Positions 39,701 through 50,332 of a stretch of 64,000 bases of DNA are shown in pieces. The translations under genes were made by a program, and so were the position numbers. A model generated the notes under the pieces. It was not told where the DNA came from and ran no database searches. It saw only the letters and a list, made by a program, of their open reading frames with translations. Source of the DNA: Dimorphilus gyrociliatus (lineage: Eukaryota; Animalia; Annelida); the NCBI GenBank assembly GCA_904063045.1, contig CAJFCJ010000002.1, positions 496,001 through 560,000 on the forward strand, read 5' to 3'. Positions within the stretch are counted from its first letter, which is position 1. Every line of letters begins with the position of its first letter.

Positions 39701-42700
39701 AAAGTTACCGACTATAATGACAATAACCCAAATTGTTCAACAACGAACTATTTACATGTAATGAACGAAAGCTCTGTAGTTGGAACAAGTATTTTAACAT
39801 TAGATTGTTCTGATATTGATAATGGAAGTAATGCAGACCTACGTTACTCGATATATAGCGGCGATTTAAAGAATCAATTTGAAATTGATGCCGTTACTGG
39901 AGAGCTTACAACAACAGCTGTTTTAGACTACGAAACTGATCAATTTTACAGTTTAGTTATTAAAATAACTGATCAAGCTGTCAATGGACCACCAAGAACA
40001 GGAACATCTACCGTCATAATAAATATTTTACCTGTTAATGAGCATAATCCTGTGATAACAGGAGCTTATGACTTTTCTATTTCTGAGGATGTGGATATTG
40101 GCTATGTTCTAACCACTGTAACAGCCACTGATCAAGATAGTATTACAAATTTACATGGAGTACTTCGTTTTTATATAACAGCTGGGAATGATGAAAATCA
40201 CTTTGTAATAGACGAATTTTCAGGGAAAATAAAGACAGTTTCAAAACTTGACAGAGAAGATGTTCAAAGTTACAATCTCAAAGTGGAAGTTGAGGATAGC
40301 GCTAAGAGTGCTGGAGATGTTAGAACTGCTGCAATGAATATAACAATTACAATTACTGATGTAAATGATAATTATCCAAAGGTAACACCAGCTGCTTATT
40401 CAACGTCTGTATCAGAGTCTAGTTCGATTGGCCAGACGATAATTTCTATAGTTGGTACTGATGATGATATTGGATCCAATGCCCAATTAACGTATTCGTT
40501 TATATCTGGAAACTCAGATTCAGCTTTTGCTCTGACAAATCAACATTTGACAATAGCCAAAAAGTTGGATTATGAAACAAAGAAACATTATGTTTTGCAC
40601 ATAGCAGTATCTGACAGTGGAACACCATCACTTACAACTCAGGCTCTTGTGACAGTTAGCGTCTTATCATTCAACGAATATAGCCCTGTTCTATTTCAAA
40701 CAAGCAATAGTATTCAAATATCAGAAGATATTGCAGTAGGTTCATTGATTTACACAGCCAGGGCATCAGATTCAGATAACGGACAAGCTGGAAATGTGAG
40801 ATTTTCAATAACAAATGGCAATCCTTCGAATTCCCACTTTTTAATTAATCCGATAACGGGAAGTGTAATAGTGGGTACAAAACTTGACTATGATGGGATT
40901 TACAAATCCTATACTTTAGAAATTACAGCAATGGATATGCAGGGACTTTCAATTAATGCCAAATCTCACAAAATGAACTTAACCATCACTCTCACTGATG
41001 TAAATGATAATTGGCCTCTCTTTACCAAAAATACCTACATTAAGCATGTGAAAGAGAATGTCGTGAGTAGTCAATTGATTACAACTGTAACTGCAAATGA
41101 CCCGGATAGTAGTAATTTCGGAGATACGCGTAAGTTTGATTTTGAAATCATATTCTTCCATTACAACTAACTAATTGATCTTTTCGATACAGAATATTAT
41201 TTGATTGGAGGGGATGGAAATGGAAATTTCTTGGTTGAGGCATCTAATGGAGAAGTCAGAGGTGGCGTTACACCTGACATCGACTATGAAAAGAAAAAGG
41301 AATATAACTTAATTATAAAGGCAGTCGATGGAGGAAATCCACCAAAGTCATCCACTTGTCTTGTCAGAATTCTAGTAGATGATGAGAATGATAATGCAGG
41401 AATTTTCCATCCCTCTAATGTTAGAGTAGCTATTGCCGAAAATCAACCAGCCGGAACAATTATAACGAACGTCTTTGTAACGGATGATGATACGGGCTTA
41501 AACGGTCAAACAACAATTTCACTGGATTTCTCTAGTAACCCTAACAATTTCTTTGCTCTAAGGACAACTGGATCAGGAAATGCTGAGATTACAACAGCTA
41601 AAGTTTTAGATAGAGAAAATCATGGTCAACAGCAAGAAATTCGGCTGCATGCTGTTGATGCGGGAACTCCACAGCGAACTGCAACTACTACTGTTTATAT
41701 CGAGATATTGGACGAAAATGATAACGGTCCTATCTTTGATGCAGTACCAAATGATTTACGAGTTTGGGAAAATGCTACAGTTGGCCAAAATATATTAACG
41801 GTGCATGCGACAGATGCTGATATAAATGAAAATGCTAAATTAAGATATTTCATCATTGATGGAGATTACCTTGGAAATTTCTTCATTGATTCAATATCAG
41901 GCCAGATTAGAGTACTTCGAACGCTAAATCGAGAATTATTCTGGAATTATAAACTAACAGTTAAAGCAATAGACAGTGGTGTGCCCCAAAAATCAGCTGA
42001 AACTATAGTTTCAATAATTATTCTCGATGTTAATGACGTAATTCCACAATTTCCAGACGGCTATACTTTCTCTTTAACTGAAAATGCTGCCGTTGGCAGA
42101 CCTGTTGGAACTATTAAAGCAACTGATAAAGATATAGGAGGTAATAGTCTATTGATCTATAGCATTAATAGAGCGCAAGTGGGAAGTGCAAATCATTTCA
42201 AAATTGACTCAAATACTGGTACAATATCAGTTAACATTGCTAGCATAGATCGAGAAACAATTGCCACATATGTCCTATGGTGTAGAGCATCTGATTCGGG
42301 ATCTCCCCCTCTGTATGCTGAAACGAGAGTGACAATTAACGTAAATGATTTGAACGACAACGCTCCGAAATTTACCAAACCCTTGTTTACTGGCACCGTA
42401 ACAGAAACCTCACCATCAGGTCAACAGGTTGCATTAATTCAAGCTGTTGATTTGGATGCCAATGCTAATGGAATAGTTTTCTATTCTTTTAAGAACGCAT
42501 CAATAGGACAATATTTTAGGCTTGATACAAATACCGGTAACTTAACAACCCTTCAAGTCTTTGATAGAGAGAAAACGCCAGAATTCAAATTCCAAATCAG
42601 AGGCTACGATAAGGGCAACCCACAATTAGACTCTTTTGTTCCTGTTCATATAACTATAGCTGATATCAATGATAATCGACCCTTCTTTCCAAGGAGTATG

Positions 42701-44039
42701 ATCAGAAAGCATGAAATGGCTCATGACGAGCCTATTGGAGCAATTTTATTTCAATTTACGGCTATTGATTATGACACTGGAAAAAATGCTGAACTCACCT
42801 ATTCAATATTGGACAGCAACGATATTTTCGAAGTAGATGGAAAAAGTGGTAATGTAAGTTATAAAGCCACAGCTCAAGAAGGAGCAACATATAATTTTGA
42901 CGCAACTGTATCTGATGGTGGAATACCAAAACTCTCAGACACAACAACAGTCACCGTCGTGACTTTTTCAAAAGTAAAAGTTTGTGTAGCTATCAAGTTA
43001 GGCATATCCGAATCAGAATTTAGCACAAAGCAGAATGACTTCACATCAAAATTACAAAATGAGCTTCAAAAGTCTATTCCTGATGCAAAAGTTAAAATGT
43101 GCGGTGATCCTAGTCCGACAGGATCTCCAACTTCTCGACGTCTATTACAAGCATCAACAGTTACCATATATATCTATGCCACAAAAGGAAATGATTCTGT
43201 GTCATCTGACTCATTCATTCAAAAAGATGATTTGCTTAAAGTACTGAACTCTAATAACAATGGCAATGGAGGAATTTTAAACGGACCAGAATTTAACCAA
43301 TATAGTGTTTCTCAAGTTACATCTTATCCAACTGTAACACAAACAAGTAGCACGCCATGGATTGAGACTACAACTGGAATAGCTATTGTTTCATTTGTTG
43401 TAATAGTTTTGCTGTTCCTCATAGTAGTGATTATTTTTCTTACAATTTATGTAATGAAAAATAAATCTAGAAGAGCTGTTTCGCCAATTCTTCCTACGGC
43501 CCATACCGACGCTGAACCTCCTGGATATCAGCCGCCTTCAAAAGTTGTTGTAGCCCAACATAACCAGGTAGAATATATTAGTCTAAGTATTAAAAAATGT
43601 AATGTAACACAATAATCTTACAGCCATCAGATGACAACTGGGGTGCAAGTGTTGAAGAGCCTCAGCCCACTACATCTAGTATAAACACTGGTTTGTATTT
43701 ATTCGAGTTTATTAAAATATATTTAATTTAATTCACATATTGGTGATAAAAGTATTTAAAGTCAAATTCACTATGCTAAAATTAGGATGATTGTTTCACA
43801 GGTTCGAAATCACCTCCTCCATCAACTAATTAATATCACAATTATTATCAAATATCACTTGTAAGTGGCGATATCAAAAATAGGTTATTGTTATTAATAA
43901 TTTTTCTCTTTTAGATTCACGAATTCAATCGGCAAGAGTGGCCTTACGTCCAATGACAGCGAAATCTTTGAGACGTAACCCATCTTCGAAAGTTAAATCA
44001 TCAGAGGATGAACAATCACTGACAGCTGTCGACATATAA
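9711..44039 (+). CDS. Giant non-classical cadherin, about 80 EC repeats, single TM, short cytoplasmic tail (roughly 8,500-9,000 aa)
   Basis: Signal-peptide exon 9711-9765 (MKYLGCLIVFLLAFCDVKG) splices in phase to 11009. Dozens of exons carry PE, LDYE/LDRE, AxDxG and DxNDNxP motifs, and about 80 inter-domain linkers were counted by hand. Large 3' exons lie at 33761-36388, 36441-41129 and 41193-43567. A TM helix (IAIVSFVVIVLLFLIVVIIFLTIYVM) lies near 43380-43455. Tail exons are 43624-43690 and 43915-44039. No EGF or LamG domains were seen. Single-base indels interrupt copies 1 and 2 of the internal repeat as assembled. Confidence 0.92.
12669..22314 (+). repeat. Intragenic tandem repeat, about 3.1 copies of a 3118-bp unit (8 exons, 635 codons, 6 cadherin domains)
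   Basis: The exon starting TTTTGGAAC(C/T)GGTAATGAATTGG recurs at 12671, 15786, 18906 and 22024 (periods 3115, 3120, 3118). Identical ORFs recur in the track (13177/16292/19412). Identity includes introns and ends at 22314. Confidence 0.98.
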
Positions 44040-46449
44040 CTTTAGGTATAAAAAAAAGTAAAAGACAAAAAATATGAAAACCAAAAAAAGAAAATTTTAG
44101 TCTCCCTAAAAACTGCATACCTCAATTCTTGATTCAAAATTGAACTTGAAATTTACTTAATGTCACATCTCACCGCCATTCTGAAAAGATTGATCAAATT
44201 TTGCACAAAATCAATAATAAATATTATCGAAAGAGTATATAAAATGTATTCCTCTTGAAGCTAAAAACTAATGATGATATTTATTCCTAAAATATATATT
44301 TTCGAAGTTTAAATATACAAAAGTTTTCCAAATGACCTTTTTCGAATACTAATATTTTTCTGCAAATATAACTCTGCAATAGAAATTTGCTATGAATACA
44401 GAACAAATCACGTTATTTCTCATAGGAATATAAATTGATCATATATATAGATCATAGCTGTTGACGCCTGACACTATTTTCCTGCAATGTTTCTACTTGT
44501 ATTTTCTATAAAGTAACTTCTAACAAAAAAACGAAAGAAGGAAATTGAACTAGTCTAAGACATCATAAAGAAATTCAATTTATTCAACATGTTATACATC
44601 AATCATGTAGTTAAAATACGAAATAGAAAATATAGCTAAAGTCAAAACCTCACGAAAAAACTTTGCTTTGCTTTAAAAACCTTTTTTATAAGTCTTAGTA
44701 AGTAGGACGAATGCCGAAGCACATAAAAAACAGATCTTTAAAGAGGATTTATTCTTGCATAGAAAACTGAAGGAGCAGATCTGGAAGTGTCTTATGCATG
44801 TTAAATGCTTAGACGTGACTTCCGATGATACAATCAATACAAAAATAAGTAAAGCGTTTACAGTGATATCTATAATTTGCATAGTAGTTATCAGTAGGGG
44901 CTTATAGCGCAATTGGTTGCTATATTTTTAGACGACCAAATTAAAGCAATTTATCGCATACGTATTTACAATGTTTTATATGAGACCAAAATAGGTTTAT
45001 TAAGAGTGATAATAAAATAAATATAACCTAAAAGTTTTTATAATTAGATTACTTTTACGATTAATCGTCAAATCGCTATTCTTGTTCTAGCCGGATCATG
45101 TGATAAGAAATTTCCTCGAGTAGAGAATATTGATATATTTCATTTAATTTCCAATTAAAGGATTCATCAAGAAATTGATTTATTTTACAAAATAGGCTTT
45201 AAGGCATTAACTATTGTTAAAAAACGGTTGACAAATTACATAAAACGAAGCAGAACTATGGTCAATAGAGGATAAAAGTAATTTTATATAAAATATTATT
45301 AGCATCCCATTAGTTTATGTTTAGAGCTCCAGAATATAACCAAGAACAGATACAGTTTGGCATTATTTACAATTTATCAAAATGAGACAAGCCATTTCAG
45401 AACTCAGGCAGGCCGAAAGCAAATTGTGTTTTATATAAAGTTGGTGATTAAATTCTAGTTTAATGTGATATTAAAAAAAGTATGCCTCGCAACTTATCAC
45501 AGCTGTATTAATATCTACAACTATTACATCTCCAGACAACAAATATTTGACTACAGTTTTTAATCAGTCAAATAAGGAGACGGGAATGAGACTAAACAGT
45601 ATTAAGTATCTCTGTTGATAAAGCATGTTTTCATTAAATAAATATCGTGAATTGTTTTTAAATAAGAATAATTGCAAAATTAGCTGTAAATAGCGAATAC
45701 CCCTAACTATAGGAAGAGAAAGAGACTAAAATGTAAACTTTCCTACTTTTTTTGATATGCATTTTTCTAATGAGCATTACTTAAACTCTACTTATTAATT
45801 AAAAAATGACAAGTATAATTATTTTCTCAAAGGTAGTAGCTAGTATGATTTGTTTGTCAGATAGTAGTACCATTTTTTTTATCCTTTACAAAGAACTAAA
45901 AGGAACTAGAATAAGAATAATTACGTTTTTAATGATAAAGTCTTTCTAACTATAAAAAATAACGGCAAAATATCTGATACTGATACTTTAAAATAATAAC
46001 ATTTCAGAGAATATTATTTCCCTGGCGATAACTGAGAGAATTTCCTTGAGAATCCCCGCTAAAATAATAGTGTTACTTCCCTTAAGATTATTTATTTGCG
46101 GATGCAAAAGGTGATATTGGATATCGATCAAAGTAGCAACTTTATATTTCTTTCAACGACCTTATTGAGCCCTTTTAAATTGGGAGGAAATGTAAAAATA
46201 AAACTGATTTTTCCTCCTTTTTAATTTTTTTTTCTTTTAACTCGAACTTGTAAAGAAATAAAATTTATAAATTTAGTTTAGAAACAATAAAGCATCGAAT
46301 CAACTTCATCTGTATTCAAAAGTTTGAGAATAAGAGTAGTTAACTGTATAATAAGCCAAAATTTAACTATTACAGAAATAAATGGAAACATCGTATAAAT
46401 AGCAATAAAACTCTTAAAAAAAACTACGAAATGCTATCATTGATTACTC

Positions 46450-47740
46450 TTAGAGTTTCTTGCAATCCGAACATTTGCTCTTATCTCTCATGTCAATTTC
46501 AGACGCTAAACGGACGATGCTGCGGGTAGATTTTAACCCAATTTTTTTTGAGTTTGGCTTTTTCGCATACTTAGAAAACACTCTTCTAGACACCTTATTT
46601 CGGGTAGATTTGCATTCACACTTTGTACAAGCTTCGCAGTAGCATTTACAAAAGCAATTACTTTGCAAATCGTTTTCAATAACACATTCTGCAGATACAT
46701 AATCAGAGACCTATAAGTGAAAAAAGGCGAAAATTTTGAAGACTAATAAAAAAATAATCAGTTTTATATGATATACAATTTTAGAAAGCAAGTCTTTTAC
46801 TAACGAGTTCTGGATTATTTGCTAGCAGGATATCCTCAGCTAATTTTTTAAATGCCTGACTTATGTTAGATCCAGTTTTGGCACTTACTTCAAAAAATCT
46901 ATCCGCAGCTTGCATATTGCTAAACTGAACACATTATAAAGAAGCATTAAGTTCATGTATGAAATGTAGGAGACGTACCGCTTGTCCACTTTCAGCATCT
47001 ACAACGCGATTTTCAATTAAATCTATTTTATTTCCCATTAGGTAAAAAGGTATTTTGATATTTTTGATATTGTTATCAACCAGATCCTATTAGAGAATCT
47101 TATTCAATTCAATAAATTTAATAATGATAAGATTTTTAGCTTACTTCAACAACAGAATCAATCCACGAATTTAATTTATCAAAACTACTCTTGTTTGTGA
47201 CATCGTAGACCAAAACAACTGCCTTTAGTATTCATAGAAAACCGGTCTAAAGTTGTTAATTAAAAATTCAACGATTTAACTCACTTCTGCTCCTCTATAA
47301 TAGCTCTTTGTTATAGCTCTAAACTGTTCTTGCCCCGCAGTATCCCTTTCATATACATCACAATAGTTAATGAACAACAGGATAAAATTACAGTAATTAC
47401 TTACCATATCTTTAGTAAAATGTTAACCCCTCTAACAGAGAATACTACATTTTCGAAATCAATTCCTAAAATACAACAATATTTGTATTTAATTTTCTAA
47501 ATGTAAAATTATTTTTAAGATTATAACTTGTAATAATTACCAACTGTTGATAATGTTGAAAAATTGAAACCTTTTCCAGACAGGTTACGTAAAATACATG
47601 TTTTTCCAACGGACGTTTCTCCTATAATTAAAACCTATTAGATAAAAAAAATTTTAACGAATTTCTCCAGTTTATTTCCAATTTCAAACCTTATAAGTAA
47701 CATCAACGTCATCATCAATTTTTACATGTTTACGAGACAT
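46450..47740 (-). CDS. Rab-family small GTPase (Rab8/10/13-like motifs) with extended Cys-rich C-terminus, 277 aa, 8 exons
   Basis: Exons 47740-47690, 47634-47541, 47465-47405, 47345-47285, 47222-47145, 47086-46979, 46924-46805 and 46710-46450, all GT-AG and in phase. Motifs: G1 GETSVGKT, switch I STVGIDF, G3 [21 protein letters not shown], G4 GNKID, G5 EVSAK. Confidence 0.93.
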
Positions 47741-50332
47741 AACTTGATGTATAAATAACTGAAAATAATTAAGATAGTATCACTTGAACAAGATTCCTGT
47801 GGCACTTGGAAACAAATTACCGAAAAAAAATATACCGAATAAACTCAATAGGCCTACGCCATTAATGCAATACTGTTTATATAAACACCAGGATTTTTCG
47901 AATGATAAGTGACTAATTAATTTATTTAGTCTAGTTCCTGAAAGTGACCCAGCCGAAGTTTAGTTTGCATATTCAAATGATATAAATATACAATTTAGAC
48001 ATTTCTATAGTTATAGGATTATTAAGATTCAGCTTGTGCAGAATAATGGCATTATAGATACGTATTAATTACATATTCCATGATATCTTCCAACTTCGCT
48101 AAATTTGTTAAGAAAGCTTACTATCAAGTATTAGTTTGAAACTAGTATTTTAGCCATTCATATTTCCTATTTAATTTAATACCATTTACATTTTCTCACA
48201 CATCTCAAAACCCTTACCACCGACTTTCGTTGGGTTACACATACGAAAATAATTATTAAAAACAGAAAATCAAATAAAGGATCATATATAAAGGTAGGAT
48301 ATGCCTGAAATTACTCTACTTAAATGAATAACGTATTATTATTTTATTATCTAGATAAATACAGAACAATAATCTACTAATAGATGAGTATCAAAGAGCA
48401 TTTTTAGGTTTTTACTAAAAATTATAAATAACTAGGCTATGAAAAGAACTCCTGGCAGCTATTCAATCTATTAATTACAGTAAAGAAAGAAAGAAAGAAG
48501 TTAGCACTTGTTTTCTAATCTAACAATCAGGTATATATTACAGAAAAGTATAAATAGTGTACTATTTTCAGTGAAAGAATTACTATTTACCTACTTGTGA
48601 TGGATTGGGAAATTTTAAAAAAGAATGGAATATTTTAACTCAACAGATACCTATAGGCAGCTGCTAATGAAGGTTCAAAAGTTTTAATTAAACTTTTTGT
48701 GCTTTCATAAAGAGCTTAAAATAGGTTAAAAAGGTTAGTTTTACGAACTCGCAAAGGCTCTTTATTATGACGTTATAATATAATAAGGAAGCTATAAAAT
48801 CTAATAGACCTAGCACATGTAAGAGAGAATATAAAATTTGATGAACAAATGACCTTCGGATTAAAATATTTCTATAAATAAGTGATACACAACATAAATG
48901 ATAATAGCAAAGCAAATATTGTACGTTTTATAATTATCTCATTGTGTGAACATTCAGCAAAATGTTGTTACTTCAGTCAAGAGAAAAAAATTTTTTTCAA
49001 ATAATTCTATATTTATGTCACTTAAACAAAGTTTGTAAGGTCTATTTATTTTGTTAACATAATACATTACAGCTTCAGAATTACAAATGAAAACTACACC
49101 TGGAGTTTATTAACTTGCAAAATCTTTAGGACCCTTACCTAAATGCAACATAATTTATTCTAACTCAGAAATAGTATAGACTATTGATCAACAGAATATT
49201 TTAAGTTTATACTAACACTTTCCATTAAGCCATAAAAAAGGTTCTTGGCTACAGGTGCTGAGCTTCTCTTGGAGCTAATAACAATTTATTTCTTTTACAG
49301 AATAGGGTTAAGTATTGATGAGAATTTTAATAGAAATACAGACATACTTTACTAAATAAGCAAACATTTGATGAAAAATATAACTATTGGTACTATATTC
49401 TTAATTTTATGACAAATATTACAGAAACGAAAAATATGAAAATTTGACGAATGAAAAGCTGTCAAGAATAAAGCGACAACTGTGTATTACTTACAAAGAA
49501 AATGAAATTCTATATTCGTTCTTGATTAACAGAGAAAATAGGGTATAAACTATTTAATATTTGTTAGAATTTTAACTGCTTTTGTACTACTGCTTACTTT
49601 TTTCTTTTGGACTACATTGAAATTATATGGACTATATAAGATTATTCCTCGAAAATACAATTTAATAAAATTTTTATTTTGTCTTGTTGGAAAAGATAAC
49701 ATAAAATAAGCTCTGTACCTTTATTGCTAAATTTTAAAGAGTATTCAGTAAACATTAAAAAATATTACACATTTCAAAAGAAATTGCTTCCAGGTCATTG
49801 TATTAATAAGATATGTTCTGACATTCTAAATATTTTCCTTTCTCACACTTAATTCGTGAGAAATAATCAGCTGATTACTGCTTTAATTCTAGCGGATGGA
49901 ATGACCATTTTTTATCCAAAAACTCTTTGATCTGTTGTAATTTGTGGTTTGTTAAGTGTTTACATCCCAGCTCATTAACGTTATTCATCTCAATTTCTTT
50001 CCACACTAAAGAATTTTTAGCATTCGAAGTTGGATTAATTCGTATATAAATGAAAACTCTTAGTATAGGTGAGCATTGAATTTTAAAAAGTCATTGTTTA
50101 AACAGACAAAGTGCTGAAAGAGGGTATGTCTTAGATCAAAACACACTTGCCCTTTTTCATCGCTTGTCTATTTTTGTTTATACTTTTTATACTTTCATTC
50201 GTCAATGTACCATAATTCTTCATATGGAACTCAGAAGAATCACACAAAAAATTGTCTTATTATCGTTTTACGGTCAGGAGATGACTATTTAGTTATATTT
50301 TTCACATTGCTTGAATTCTTTTTACAGATGAT

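Noticed and set aside
12230-43247. Many 60-90 aa minus-strand and off-frame ORFs within the cadherin
   Set aside because: Antisense or out-of-frame shadows of cadherin exons. They repeat only because the DNA is repeated.
48688-48915. Hydrophobic 75-aa ORF (similar ones at 10781, 53602, 56227 and 62948)
   Set aside because: Typical chance ORFs of AT-rich DNA (Ile/Leu/Phe/Tyr bias, non-ATG starts, no motifs or splice support).
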